From: Candidatus Acidiferrum sp.
GTDB taxonomy: Bacteria; Acidobacteriota; Terriglobia; Acidiferrales; UBA7541
Direction of reading: 5' to 3'
Length of the DNA: 64,000 nt
Assembly: GCA_036522195.1 (NCBI GenBank)
Contig: DATDGF010000089.1
Span: forward strand, 13,673-77,672
Below, piece after piece: positions 1 through 10,320 of this stretch. The translations under genes were made by a program, and so were the position numbers. Positions within the stretch are counted from its first letter, which is position 1, and the number at the start of each line of letters is the position of its first letter. Below the pieces are notes generated by a model. It was not told where the DNA came from and did not search any database. It saw only the letters and a list, made by a program, of their open reading frames with translations.

Positions 1-2
1 CC

Positions 3-209
3 ACGCTCGCCGGCGTCGCCATTGGCGTAATCCTCAGTCTTGCAATCACTCGTCTCTTGAGCAGCTTGCTCTTTGGCGTCACACCGGCCGACTGGCTCAC
101 TTTCCTCAGCGTCACAGTCCTGTTGCTGGTAGTCGCGTTCGCGGCGTGCTCCATCCCTGCCCGCCGCGCCACGCGCGTCGATCCCATCGTGGCGCTACGT
201 TATGAGTGA
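3..209 (+). CDS. ABC transporter permease, ADOP/MacB-like (C-terminal part, runs off window start)
   Basis: Frame from nt 3 translates ...[47 protein letters not shown], the typical ADOP C-terminus; same ending as the permease at 21823. Confidence 0.9.
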   Translation, partial: TLAGVAIGVILSLAITRLLSSLLFGVTPADWLTFLSVTVLLLVVAFAACSIPARRATRVDPIVALRYE

Positions 210-310
210 TTGATGTTCGTTTGATCCAACTCACTCGGTGCGGTCGGACCGCAACAAACTGTATTTTGCCGGCTCGGGCTTGCCTGTTTGGCTGTGCTAT
301 CCTGCGGCGC

Positions 311-2329
311 ATGATTTTACTTCATCGTCGACTTGCCCTGTGCCTGATTTTCCTGTTCGTAGCTCCAAAACTGCTCGCCCGCGTCACTCGCGTCGAGATC
401 ACCTCGCGCACGGACGTTCTGGAGGCCAAGCCCTTTGGCGACAGCGGTCCATACGAACGCATTAGCGGAAGGGTCTATTTCGCAGTGGCCATCGCCAACA
501 TCCACAACCAGCGGATCGTCGATCTTTCGAACGCGGTCAATCTTCAGAATGGCGAGGTGGAATTTTCCGCGGACTTCGTCGCCGTCCGGCCCAAGGATGC
601 AACGAAGGGCAACGGCACGCTGCTGCTGGAGAATCCCAACCGCGGCCATGCGCGCATTCTCTCGCTCGTTGATGGCGGCGACGAAGATCTGGCGCACAGC
701 GCAGGCGATGCGTGGCTGCTGCGCAACGGTTTTACTGTGGTCGCGCTCGGCTGGCAGTGGGATGCCGCAGGTCCTAACGCGCTGCGGCTGTATGCCCCGG
801 TCGCCAAGGATCACGGCAAGACCATCACCGGTCTACTCCGCGGCGACATCACGCTCCCCGTCAAGGCTGACGAAATTCCGCTTGGCCACGTGATGCCCGG
901 CAGCATCGGAGGTTCGGAGTACCCCGTCGCCCTTCCCAATGATCCCCGCAACACGCTTACGCTTCGCGATTCGCGCGAGGGCAAGCGCATTTCTATCCCG
1001 CGCTCGGAGTGGCAATTTGCAGAGATGGTTGACGGCAAGCTGACGCCCAGTAACCGGTCCATCCATCTCAATGGCGGCTTCGAGCCCGGCCGCATTTACG
1101 AGTATGTCTACGTGGTTTCCGATCCGGTCGTTGCCGGGCTCAGCTTCGCGGCCGTTCGCGACTTCGCCTCGTATGCGAAACACGCACCCGACGGCCTCAT
1201 GCCCGCGTCCCGCGTGCTCGGCGAAGGCATTTCACAGAATGGCCGCTTCCTGCGCGATTTTCTCTATCAGGGTTTCAACGCCGACGAAGACGGGCGCATC
1301 GCTCTCGATGGTGTTCTTTCGCACGTCGCCGGTGCGGGGCGCGGCAGTTTCAACTATCGCTTCGCGCAGCCTTCGCGCGATGCGCAGCCGACCTCGTCAG
1401 TATTCTTCCCCACCGACATCTTTCCGTTCACCGACCAGCCCGAGAGCGATCCGCTCACTGGGGAGAAGGGCGGGTTACTCGACCGCGCACAGCGGGAGCA
1501 AGTCGTTCCCAAGATCTTCTTCTCCCACACTTCTTACGAATATTGGGGACGCGCCGCCTCCCTCATTCACACCACCGCCGATGCCAAGCACGACGCCACC
1601 ATTGGTCCCAACGTGCGCATCTATTATTTCACCGGCTTGCAGCATTACAGCGGACCGTTTCCACCTGCGCGCGGAGAAGGTACGTTGCTCGGGCAAAACC
1701 TTCAGTCGCCGCTGCCCATCCGGTTCTTCTGGCGCGCGATGATCGCGAACATGGATGCGTGGGTTCGCAGCGGAACGGCCCCGCCACCCAGTGCGTATCC
1801 AACCATCGCCGCTCACGCACTGGTACCGCTGAGCGAACTCGCATTCCCCCGAATCCCGCATGTGCAGTTGCCCAGCGACGCCAACACCGCTTACCGCCTC
1901 GACTATGGTCCGAATTGGCGTGACGGCATTCTTGCCGTGCAGCCGCCGCATGTCGGGAAACCGTTTCCAGTTCTCGTGCCGCAGGTGGATGCCGATGGCA
2001 ACGAGCTCGGCGGCATCCACCTGCCAGAGATCTCGGTGCCGCTCGCGACGTACACAGGATGGAATCTTCGCCATCCATCCATCGGCGGGGCATCGCAGCG
2101 TTTGGGCTTCGAGGGGTCGTGTCTCCCCTTCCCGAAAAACGCCGCTGAACGCAGGCAGTCCGGCGACCCGCGCAAATCAATCATCGAGCGCTACGCCGAT
2201 CGCGAGGCCTACCTTGCGCAGTTCGCACATGCCGCCGATGAACTGATCGAGCAGAGATGGATTTTGCTTGAGGATCGTGCACTCTTGCTGAAGCGCGGGG
2301 CGGAAGAGTGGGGCTTGGCCGCACAATAG
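311..2329 (+). CDS. Secreted alpha/beta-hydrolase domain protein
   Basis: ORF 206..2329; ATG 311 gives a signal-peptide-like MILLHRRLALCLIFLFVAPKLLA; nucleophile-elbow-like GISQNG. Confidence 0.75.
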   Translation: MILLHRRLALCLIFLFVAPKLLARVTRVEITSRTDVLEAKPFGDSGPYERISGRVYFAVAIANIHNQRIVDLSNAVNLQNGEVEFSADFVAVRPKDATKGNGTLLLENPNRGHARILSLVDGGDEDLAHSAGDAWLLRNGFTVVALGWQWDAAGPNALRLYAPVAKDHGKTITGLLRGDITLPVKADEIPLGHVMPGSIGGSEYPVALPNDPRNTLTLRDSREGKRISIPRSEWQFAEMVDGKLTPSNRSIHLNGGFEPGRIYEYVYVVSDPVVAGLSFAAVRDFASYAKHAPDGLMPASRVLGEGISQNGRFLRDFLYQGFNADEDGRIALDGVLSHVAGAGRGSFNYRFAQPSRDAQPTSSVFFPTDIFPFTDQPESDPLTGEKGGLLDRAQREQVVPKIFFSHTSYEYWGRAASLIHTTADAKHDATIGPNVRIYYFTGLQHYSGPFPPARGEGTLLGQNLQSPLPIRFFWRAMIANMDAWVRSGTAPPPSAYPTIAAHALVPLSELAFPRIPHVQLPSDANTAYRLDYGPNWRDGILAVQPPHVGKPFPVLVPQVDADGNELGGIHLPEISVPLATYTGWNLRHPSIGGASQRLGFEGSCLPFPKNAAERRQSGDPRKSIIERYADREAYLAQFAHAADELIEQRWILLEDRALLLKRGAEEWGLAAQ

Positions 2330-2346
2330 GCCTGCGGGTGCAGGCC
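2329..2346. terminator. Hairpin between convergent hydrolase and pntB
   Basis: GGCCTGC-GGGT-GCAGGCC perfect 7-bp stem at the stop codon; no clear U-tract. Confidence 0.35.
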
Positions 2347-2431
2347 CGCACACGGGCGTCGTTCAAGCAATGTCGTAGTCGGCGCAGTCTTCACAAACGT
2401 AAGGTTACAGAACGCACTGCGCGTGCGGCAC

Positions 2432-3826
2432 CTACTCGTGCCCGCCGCCGAGTTCTCGAACAATCGAGCCGACAAACGATTTAGCATCCCCGAACAGCAT
2501 CAGTGTCTTGTCGAGGTAGTAGAGGGGGTTCTCAATGCCCGCAAAACCTGCCCCCATGCTGCGCTTGATCACCATCACGGTGCGCGCCTTGTCCACATCC
2601 AGAATGGGCATGCCGAAAATCGGGCTCGCAGCGTCCGTGCGCGCTGCCGGATTGGTGACGTCATTCGCGCCGATCACCAGGGCCACGTCCGTTTGCGGAA
2701 AATCCCCGTTGATTTCGTCCATGTCCAGCAGCTTGTCGTAAGGAATGTCTGCCTCCGCCAGCAAGACGTTCATATGTCCCGGCATGCGGCCGGCGACTGG
2801 ATGAATTCCAAATTTTACGTCGACACCGCGCCTCGTCAGCGCGTCGTACAGTTCGCGCACTTTGTGCTGGGCTTGCGCAACGGCCATTCCATAACCCGGT
2901 ACGATGACCACCTTGTTCGCCGCCGCAAGAATCGCCGCCGCTTCTTCCGGCGTCGCGCTGCGTACTGGCCGTGCTTCCTGCTTGCCCGCAACAGCGGCTT
3001 GCTCCTGCCCAAACGCGCCAAAGAGCACGTTCGAAAAGGAGCGGTTCATCGCTTTCGACATGTTCACCGAGAGAATGAGGCCCGATGCTCCGTCCAACGC
3101 GCCCGCAATGATCAATAGCTTGCTGTCCAGCACAAAGCCCATCGCCGCTGCAGATAGTCCAGCGTAGGAATTCAGTAACGAGATGACCGTTGGCATATCG
3201 GCGCCGCCGATGGGAATGATCATCATCACACCAAACAAAAGAGGTATGCCCACAATGAATGGAAAGAGATAGGCCTTTTCGGGATGTGCCACCAACATTC
3301 CCGCGATGACGATCGCCACGCCCAGCAGTCCGAGATTGACGAGGTTCTGCCCCTTGTAGGTAATCGGCCGCTGCGGCAAAAGTTCCTGCAATTTTCCCGC
3401 GGCCATCAAACTTCCGGTAAACGTCAGCGAACCGAGAATGACCTCCAGTGAGAGCACGCCCATCATGAAGCGCGGCACATCCGGCGTCCGCAGATAAAAC
3501 TCCGCGGTTCCAACCAGTGTCACGCACAGCGCGCCGAACGCGTGGCTCAGCGCCGTCCGTTGCGGTACGGCGGTCATCGCCACTTTGCCGAGCGGCACTC
3601 CGATAATCGTCCCCAGCACCAGGGCGATTACGATCCATTTGTATTCGACGATGCCGCGGTTCAACAAGGTTCCGGCAATCGCCAGCAACATTCCCAGTTC
3701 GCCGGCAAATACTCCGCGTCGCGCCGTCTTCGGAGAGCTCAGCCATTTCAAGGCCAGGATAAAAAGCGCGGTGGCAATTAGGTAGGTAACTTCGATGATC
3801 TGTTCCAGGCCGGGTACGTTTCTCAT
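2432..3826 (-). CDS. pntB: NAD(P) transhydrogenase beta subunit
   Basis: GGADMPTVISLLNSYAG, VPGYGMAVAQAQH, HPVAGRMPGHMNVLLAE, GANDVTNPAA motifs. Confidence 0.97.
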   Translation of the reverse strand: MRNVPGLEQIIEVTYLIATALFILALKWLSSPKTARRGVFAGELGMLLAIAGTLLNRGIVEYKWIVIALVLGTIIGVPLGKVAMTAVPQRTALSHAFGALCVTLVGTAEFYLRTPDVPRFMMGVLSLEVILGSLTFTGSLMAAGKLQELLPQRPITYKGQNLVNLGLLGVAIVIAGMLVAHPEKAYLFPFIVGIPLLFGVMMIIPIGGADMPTVISLLNSYAGLSAAAMGFVLDSKLLIIAGALDGASGLILSVNMSKAMNRSFSNVLFGAFGQEQAAVAGKQEARPVRSATPEEAAAILAAANKVVIVPGYGMAVAQAQHKVRELYDALTRRGVDVKFGIHPVAGRMPGHMNVLLAEADIPYDKLLDMDEINGDFPQTDVALVIGANDVTNPAARTDAASPIFGMPILDVDKARTVMVIKRSMGAGFAGIENPLYYLDKTLMLFGDAKSFVGSIVRELGGGHE

Positions 3827-4128
3827 GGTTTCTTCGGCCCGCTGGCTTTGAACATTCTCAGCATGCGGTCAGTGATCAGGAAGCCACCGACGATGTTGCT
3901 GGTGGCCGCCACGATGGCAATCGTTCCCAGAATTTTCGCAAGCGTTGCGCCGTGCGCATGGTATTCACCCGCGAGCAAGATCGCTCCCACGACGGCGATG
4001 GCGTCGAGCGCGTTCGTCAGCGACATCAGCGGCGTATGCAAGAGCGGCGAAACCCGGCGTATCACTTCGAACCCAATGAACGCGGCCAGCATGAAAACGT
4101 ATAGGCTGGTCAGCAGGTCCAGCTTCAT
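3823..4128 (-). CDS. pntAb: NAD(P) transhydrogenase alpha subunit part 2 (membrane)
   Basis: LHTPLMSLTNAL and NIVGGFLITDRML motifs; 4-nt overlaps with both neighbours. Confidence 0.95.
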   Translation of the reverse strand: MKLDLLTSLYVFMLAAFIGFEVIRRVSPLLHTPLMSLTNALDAIAVVGAILLAGEYHAHGATLAKILGTIAIVAATSNIVGGFLITDRMLRMFKASGPKKP

Positions 4129-5312
4129 GACTTTGCCACCTCCTGGGCATCCGCGACCAAGGGAGGGAGGGAGAAGAACTCTCGTACGCGCGCGTTGACC
4201 ACTTCCCCGCCCCGCGTCAGCATCGTCTCTCGAATAATTTCATCTTCCTTTAGTTGAAGCTTTCCCTCCTTGACCAGATGCACCAGAAATGCGCTCACGT
4301 TCCGCGCGTACATCTGGCTCGCGTGATACGGCACGGTGCTCGCCAGGTTGAACCACCCGATGATCGTCACTCCGTACTCCACCACGATTTCTCCCGGCCG
4401 CGTCAATTCGCAATTCCCTCCGCGCTCGCCCGCCAGGTCTACAATCACGGAGCCCGGCGCCATGCTTGCCACCATCTCCTTAGTCACCAGAATTGGCGGC
4501 TTTTTTCCAGGGATAACCGCAGCGCTGATCACCACATCGCTTTCCGCCACAACTTTCCCGAGCAAATCCCGCTGTCGCTTGTAAAAAGTCTCATCCTGCG
4601 CGCGCGCGTACCCGCGTGCATCTTCCGCATCTTTGGCCTCAATCGGAAGTTCAACGAACCGCCCGCCCAGGCTCTGCACCTGCTCCTTCGCTGCGGGCCG
4701 CAAATCGTAAGCGGAAGCCACTGCGCCCAGTCGCCGCGCCGTCGCGATCGCCTGCAACCCCGCAACTCCCGCGCCAATCACGAGCACGCGGCCCGGAGTA
4801 ATTGTCCCCGCCGCCGTCGTAAGCATCGGGAAAATCCGCGGCGAAGTATCCGCCGCGAGCACCACCGCTTTGTAACCGCAGATCGTCCCCATCGAGGAAA
4901 GAACGTCCATGCTCTGCGCGCGCGTCGTTCGCGGCATCAATTCCACCGAAAACGAAGTCACGCCTTTCGAGGCGATTTCCTGAATGGTTTCAAGCGACCC
5001 CAGCGGCCGCAGAAATCCGATGAGCACCTGATAGTGCTTGAAAAACGGCACGTCCGCTTTGCCGGTCTTGTCATTCGAACCATAACAAAGAATCTGCAGC
5101 ACGATATCAGCGGCGCGAAACACTTCCGCGCGCTCCGCAATAATCCTTGCGCCTTTGGCCGTGTAGTCGGCGTCCGGATAACCCGCCGCCATTCCCGCTC
5201 CCGCTTCCACTACCACTTCCAACCCCGCTTTTGTAAGATTGGGAATCGCCGCGGGCACCAGGGCCACACGTCGCTCTCCAGGAAAACTCTCTCGCGGAAC
5301 TCCGACGATCAT
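4125..5312 (-). CDS. pntAa: NAD(P) transhydrogenase alpha subunit part 1 (dI)
   Basis: MIVGVPRES..ERRVAL start, RAQSMDVLSSM, GAGVAGLQAIA, DLAGERGGNC. Confidence 0.95.
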   Translation of the reverse strand: MIVGVPRESFPGERRVALVPAAIPNLTKAGLEVVVEAGAGMAAGYPDADYTAKGARIIAERAEVFRAADIVLQILCYGSNDKTGKADVPFFKHYQVLIGFLRPLGSLETIQEIASKGVTSFSVELMPRTTRAQSMDVLSSMGTICGYKAVVLAADTSPRIFPMLTTAAGTITPGRVLVIGAGVAGLQAIATARRLGAVASAYDLRPAAKEQVQSLGGRFVELPIEAKDAEDARGYARAQDETFYKRQRDLLGKVVAESDVVISAAVIPGKKPPILVTKEMVASMAPGSVIVDLAGERGGNCELTRPGEIVVEYGVTIIGWFNLASTVPYHASQMYARNVSAFLVHLVKEGKLQLKEDEIIRETMLTRGGEVVNARVREFFSLPPLVADAQEVAKS

Positions 5313-5548
5313 AAAGCTCTCTCCGCTTCTGAAAACGACGACTGTTGTTGGGAATTGCAATCGGTCGGGAAAATAAATTCAATCCATTTCAAGAAAAGGC
5401 CAACCCTCCGCGCGCGCAAACGGTTGAGATCATACACTCATAAGCGCCAGTTCTGTTAGGAGAGCTCACCGTGCTCGGAGCCGGGAGTCCTACTGATTGC
5501 CAATTAGCTCTCTCTGGGATTTCCTGGCATCTTCTATCACACCTAAAC

Positions 5549-5576
5549 AAAAAAAGGGACCGCTCCGCGGCCCCTT
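5549..5576 (-). terminator. Rho-independent terminator (minus strand)
   Basis: Minus strand AAGGG-G-CCGC-GGA-GCGG-T-CCCTT followed by a U-tract (A7 on plus, 5549-5555). Confidence 0.6.
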
Positions 5577-5717
5577 CTTCTCTCTACAACGAACTCTGGT
5601 TAGTTGCTCCCTCGCGTCTGCTCGGATGGAGCCGTCGCCGCGGAAGCTCCGCCTAAGGACAGCTCTTTCTTTCGCAGCTTTATTTTCAGCGCTTTCCCTT
5701 CCACGCTATACTTCGTC

Positions 5718-6650
5718 ATGCTCCTCAGAGACCGTTCGGCCTGCCTGATTTTCCTCTTGCTTCTGCTAGTGTTGCTCCCCGCTCCCGCAGCCTCGCAAGA
5801 GACTCCGTGGCAAAAGGATCTCGCCGCCTGGCGCGAACAGTACGTCGCAAATCTCCTGAAGCCTGACGGCTGGCTCTCTCTCTCCGGTCTCGAGTGGCTC
5901 CAGCCCGGCGACAACTCCATCGGCTCTGCCGCTGACAACAAGATCCACCTCGCCGGCAGCAGCCCCGCGCATCTCGCAATCCTCCATCTCGACGGCGAAA
6001 TCGTCACACTGAACCCGCCGCCCAGCGGCTTCCCGTCGGATTTTCTCGTCTCCGGCGCGCCCGCGAAGCCGCAGCCTCTCCGCGCCGAAGCCAACAACGA
6101 CAAGGTCTCTCCTCATCTCACCGTCGGCACTCTCAACATGTACGTCATCCGCCGCGAAGCGCGCTTCGCTTTGCGCATCAAGGATTCTCATTCACCAGGC
6201 ATCGTCGGATTTCACGGGCTCAAGTTCTTTCCGCCCAACCCCGCCTATCGCGTCACCGCCAGATGGATTCCTTACTCTCCGCCAAAGACCATCACGCTCG
6301 CCACTCTCGTCGGCACCAATTACGACGAGCCCGTGCCCGGTGCCGCTGAATTTACGTTGCAAGGAAAATCTTTTCGCATTGATCCCGTCCTGGAAGATCC
6401 CGCCGTCGCCAAACTTTTCTTCATCCTTCGCGACACTACCAGCATCTCGACCACCTACGGTGCTTGCCGCTTCCTCTATACCGGCTTCCCCACCAACGGC
6501 CTCGACAAACCTGGCGAACTTATCCTCGATTTCAATCACCTCGAAAATCCTCCTTGCGCCTACACTTCCTTCTCCACCTGCCCGCTTCCTCCACCCGGCA
6601 ACCGCCTCCCCATCGCCATCCCCGTCGGAGAGCAGCGCTATCACAATTGA
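5718..6650 (+). CDS. DUF1684 family protein (secreted)
   Basis: DGWLSLSGLEWL, TTYGACRFLY, LDFNHLENPPCAYTSFSTCPLPPPGNRL motifs; signal peptide from ATG 5718. Confidence 0.85.
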   Translation: MLLRDRSACLIFLLLLLVLLPAPAASQETPWQKDLAAWREQYVANLLKPDGWLSLSGLEWLQPGDNSIGSAADNKIHLAGSSPAHLAILHLDGEIVTLNPPPSGFPSDFLVSGAPAKPQPLRAEANNDKVSPHLTVGTLNMYVIRREARFALRIKDSHSPGIVGFHGLKFFPPNPAYRVTARWIPYSPPKTITLATLVGTNYDEPVPGAAEFTLQGKSFRIDPVLEDPAVAKLFFILRDTTSISTTYGACRFLYTGFPTNGLDKPGELILDFNHLENPPCAYTSFSTCPLPPPGNRLPIAIPVGEQRYHN

Positions 6651-6781
6651 AAACTCTCCGCTTCCCTGTTCTCCGTTCTCTGATCTCTCATCTTCTCCGT
6701 GCCCTCCGTGCTAATTTTTTTCAATTCAATCATTTTGAATTTCCCACCCGCCTGTCGCACAATAGACTAGTTCTCACAACA

Positions 6782-7228
6782 ATGGCCTCTCCAAATTCCA
6801 ATCTGTCCCCCTCCAACAACGATTCCGCCGCCCGCGAGAAATTGATCTCCCTTCGCCTTGCGCTCCTCAAACTCCACAAAACTCTTCTCAACATGGAACG
6901 CCGCGATTACGAGCGCGAGCACGGCTATGTCAACACCGGCGAGCTTTTCCGCCTGGTTATCGACCACGCCCAGTTCGCCTGGCTTCACAATATTTCCGAA
7001 TTCGTCGTCCGGATTGACGAAACCCTCGCCGCCAAAGAACCCATCACTCCGGAGTACACCAGCACTTCCATTGCTCTTGCTCGAAAGATGTTCGTCCCCA
7101 CGGAATCCGGCGATGCCTTCCAGAAAAAGTACTTCGACGCCATTCAACGCGACCCCGCGGTCGTCATCGACCACGCCGAACTCGCCCGCCTCTTCAACAA
7201 CGAGCCTCCCGATTCTCCCAGCGCGTAA
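6782..7228 (+). CDS. Conserved-looking helical hypothetical protein
   Basis: Coding-like ORF from ATG 6782 (LRLALLKLHKTLL..ERRDYE..FAWLHNISEFVVRIDE). Confidence 0.7.
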   Translation: MASPNSNLSPSNNDSAAREKLISLRLALLKLHKTLLNMERRDYEREHGYVNTGELFRLVIDHAQFAWLHNISEFVVRIDETLAAKEPITPEYTSTSIALARKMFVPTESGDAFQKKYFDAIQRDPAVVIDHAELARLFNNEPPDSPSA

Positions 7229-7273
7229 TTTCAGAATTCCCTGATAGACTTTGCCGGTCACCCGGAGGTCCAC

Positions 7274-7513
7274 ATGAGCGGTTCCGAAAAGACCTACACC
7301 AACGGCGAAATCTCCGTCGTCTGGAAGTCCGGCCTGTGTCTCCACTCCGCGAAATGCGTCCAGGGCCTCGGCGAAGTTTTCAATGTCCGGACCCGCCCGT
7401 GGATCAACATGGACGGCGCATCCACCGATCGCATCATCCGGCAAATCGAGCAATGCCCTTCCGGAGCGCTCCGTTATTTCCGGAATGAAAAATCTGAAAA
7501 AGCCGCGGGTTAA
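7274..7513 (+). CDS. Divergent 4Fe-4S mono-cluster protein (YjdI-like)
   Basis: GGAGG RBS; CLHSAKC..RPWI..CPSGAL pattern. Confidence 0.85.
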   Translation: MSGSEKTYTNGEISVVWKSGLCLHSAKCVQGLGEVFNVRTRPWINMDGASTDRIIRQIEQCPSGALRYFRNEKSEKAAG

Positions 7514-7516
7514 TTC

Positions 7517-7858
7517 GTGGACTTGGATCTCAGAAAGGTTGTCGTCATTCACGACGAAGAAGCGCACCGTTTCGAATCGCGGGTCGGCGGCCTCCGCTCT
7601 CTGATGAACTATCGCCGCTTCCCCGATCGCATCGTTCTTACTCACACCGAAGTTCCGCCGCCCCTTGAAGGCCACGGCCTCGCTGGAAAACTAGCGCGTA
7701 CGGCGCTCGATTTTGATCGCGCCAACCAACTTCGCGTTGTGCCGCTTTGCCCGCACGTCGCAGACTACCTCCGCAAACACGCCGAATACCACGATCTCCT
7801 CTCCCCTGAAGACCTGCGGCGCGTGATGTCCGTCTCGGGCAGCCCAGCCACTCCGTAA
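7517..7858 (+). CDS. GNAT family N-acetyltransferase (YjdJ-like)
   Basis: HTEVPPPLEGHGLAG..VVPLCPHV motif; follows the YjdI-like gene. Confidence 0.85.
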   Translation: MDLDLRKVVVIHDEEAHRFESRVGGLRSLMNYRRFPDRIVLTHTEVPPPLEGHGLAGKLARTALDFDRANQLRVVPLCPHVADYLRKHAEYHDLLSPEDLRRVMSVSGSPATP

Positions 7859-7870
7859 CGATTCGTCACC

Positions 7871-8524
7871 GTGAACACCCCCAGCGCAAAACTCTTTCTA
7901 CGCCGCCTGCGCCGTTCGGAACTTCCGCAAGACACTGTCGCTCTCGCGCGCTTTCTGATTGGCAAAGTCGTCGTTCGCGATCTACCCGCAGGGCGGCTCG
8001 CCGGGCGCATCGTCGAAACCGAAGCTTATCCACCCGGCGATCCCGCCGGCCACCATTTCCGTGGGCCCACGCCGCGCATCCGCTCCATGTATCTCAGCCA
8101 GGGCCACGCCTACATTTTCTTTAACTACGGTGCGCATTTCATGCTCAACGTCGTCAGTGAACCAGCCGGAACCGCCGCCGCCATCCTTATTCGCGCTCTC
8201 GAACCGCTCCAGGGAATCGAGTTAATGCAGGTTCATCGCAAGACCACTCGCCTTCTCGATCTCACGCGTGGCCCCGGCCGCCTCGCTGCCGCCTTTCAAA
8301 TCGACCGTCGCCATGATGGCTTGGATCTGTGCGCTCCTGGGTCGCTTTGGCTCGGCGTCACTCGCCATCGCACCAACCCCATCGGCAATTCCGTTCGAAT
8401 CGGCATCACCCGCGCCGCCGATCGGCTCCTCCGCTTCTATGAACGTGGCAATCCATTCGTCAGCGGGCCAAAACGATTGCTGTTTTCCGTTTCCTCTCGG
8501 AAGAAAAGCCTTCCAACCCGATAG
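7871..8524 (+). CDS. mpg: DNA-3-methyladenine glycosylase (AAG/Mpg family)
   Basis: GRIVETEAY, AYIFFNYGAHFMLNVV, AILIRALEP, LTRGPGRL, RIGIT motifs. Confidence 0.93.
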   Translation: MNTPSAKLFLRRLRRSELPQDTVALARFLIGKVVVRDLPAGRLAGRIVETEAYPPGDPAGHHFRGPTPRIRSMYLSQGHAYIFFNYGAHFMLNVVSEPAGTAAAILIRALEPLQGIELMQVHRKTTRLLDLTRGPGRLAAAFQIDRRHDGLDLCAPGSLWLGVTRHRTNPIGNSVRIGITRAADRLLRFYERGNPFVSGPKRLLFSVSSRKKSLPTR

Positions 8525-8538
8525 GAAATCGCCGTTGC

Positions 8539-9619
8539 CTATTTCTTACTGAGAATTCCTTCTGCCTCCGGAGCGTTCTCCGCCCGGTGCTTCGCGTATT
8601 TCTTCAGAATTGCATCGAGTTCCTGCGTTCGGATTGGCTTGCTGAGATATTCGTCCATTCCCGCCGCCAGGCATTTCTCCCGGTTCGGATTGCCGAGCAG
8701 GATCACTTCCGCAGGCCCGGGCAAGGCTGCGAGTACCGCGTCCAGCCCTACACCACGGCGGCTGGGAGTACGGCTGGCGCGCGAGATGCCTGCCCAGAAC
8801 GTGCGGCGCGCGTCCGGAGTCCAGGCAAGATGCACAGTGGGCAGAAGGTCGAACCCGGTGTAGTAGCTGTTTTCGAGTTTTGTCCCTACATACAGGTATG
8901 CACGATTAGGCCACAGGGTGATTTGATCTTGCACAAACAGATTGAAAAAATGCACCGCCGAGTCGGGTGGGACAAGTGCCTGGTCCACCGTACCCTCGGT
9001 ATCGTCGGTGGTGTGACGATATCCCATTCCCCAAATGACATCCTGACGCATTCCTAGCACCACATGGCTCTGAAAATCGATATCAATCACGTTGAGGAGT
9101 TCCTTAAGCTCGGGAACGTTTCGTTTCGTGCTGTCGAAATAGAACTGCAAAGCCGTGTCCCACCGGCTTGAAATTGTGTGATTCCACCGGCCTAAGACGT
9201 CGCCTCCGGATAGAGTGGTAAGTCTCGCCTCCAGGTTGTCGGGAGGAGTAAACGTGGAATGTACGATGACTGCTCCTTCGCGCCCGGTGCAGATGTCCCC
9301 TTCTATTGTCACGGTATCTTTCTTGGACAGAATCGTGTCCACACGAAAGCCTCCGTGCAGCAGGTGCCAGCCGTCGTCTCCGTTTTGCCCACTCAGATTT
9401 CAGGTTTTCGATACTCACCTGCGTCAGGTCGCTCGGCGAAGTTTGCGAGACTGCTGGTGGCTGTGGAGATTGGCCTCTCACCATTTGGCAATCAAGCAAG
9501 AAACACACGACCCCCGCCGGCATCCACAATGCTCTTACCAACCGCTTCGATCGTTTTCCGCCCGTTGCGCACACCCTCTCTTCCCCGAGAACTATCCGCA
9601 CGCCGTGCGCCAGCCTCAA
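8539..9619 (-). pseudogene. Collapsed TonB-dependent receptor fused to response-regulator receiver C-terminus
   Basis: Signal peptide + DLTQVSIENL (receptor N-terminus) breaks out of frame near 9395 into barrel sequence (GWHLLHGGFRVD..LFVQDQI..GTKLENSYYTG..LLGNP), then in frame near 8685 into REKCLAAGMDEYLSKPI (receiver end). Confidence 0.8.
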
Positions 9620-9870
9620 GAGCGAAGTTGTCTACCAACTCGTTTGCAATCAGCGCTTTTTGATTCGAAAATGCCGGTGGAATTTACAGCGTTGGCTGAT
9701 TAACGGACGCGTGTACCGGAGTGGAACAGTGCCGCTTCCGATTTCGTACTACTAGAGGAAGAGAATCAGCAAAATCAAAACAGGAAGGGAGTTGCGGATC
9801 TGCGGGAAACATTCAGTCCAGACATTTCATAATTCTCTGCACCGAAAAGACTGGCTAGCTATCGTTCTCT

Positions 9871-10320
9871 TCAATCGCTGCTGGCTACTTCCATCTCATC
9901 GCAAGCCGAGCGAAACTTTTCGTACCACGTCTCCGTAAATTTCGTGATCAGGTGCTCCGCGGTCTGCCCCGCAATCGTCACGCCGGAATGCACGACGTCC
10001 CCCCAGGTATGTACGCGCGTGCCGCCGCACACAGCTTCTTCGAAGCTGACCCACTGCGCCAGTACCACGCCGAGTGAATGATCGATCCAGCCCACCTTAT
10101 GCGCGGGCTGGCAGTTGGTGATCACGTGGCTGACCACCGTTTTCACGGGTTGCAGCACTTCAATCTCCAGGCGGCTTCCCGCGGTCCACGGGCTTCCTTC
10201 GCGCCAGTGCAGTTCGCCGTAGATATTCGCGAACTCATTCCAGCGGCGCCAATTGGAGAAGATCTCCCACGCACGCGCGCGGCTGGCCCGGGTGGTCACG
10301 GAATATTGAAATCGAAACAT
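9871..10320 (-). CDS. SRPBCC/polyketide cyclase family protein
   Basis: ASRARAWEIFSNWRRWNEF..W..GS pattern; divergent from TetR. Confidence 0.7.
   Translation of the reverse strand: MFRFQYSVTTRASRARAWEIFSNWRRWNEFANIYGELHWREGSPWTAGSRLEIEVLQPVKTVVSHVITNCQPAHKVGWIDHSLGVVLAQWVSFEEAVCGGTRVHTWGDVVHSGVTIAGQTAEHLITKFTETWYEKFRSACDEMEVASSD

Noticed and set aside
5313-5548. Rex operator upstream of pnt
   Set aside because: No TTGTGAA-N4-TTCACAA-like site seen.
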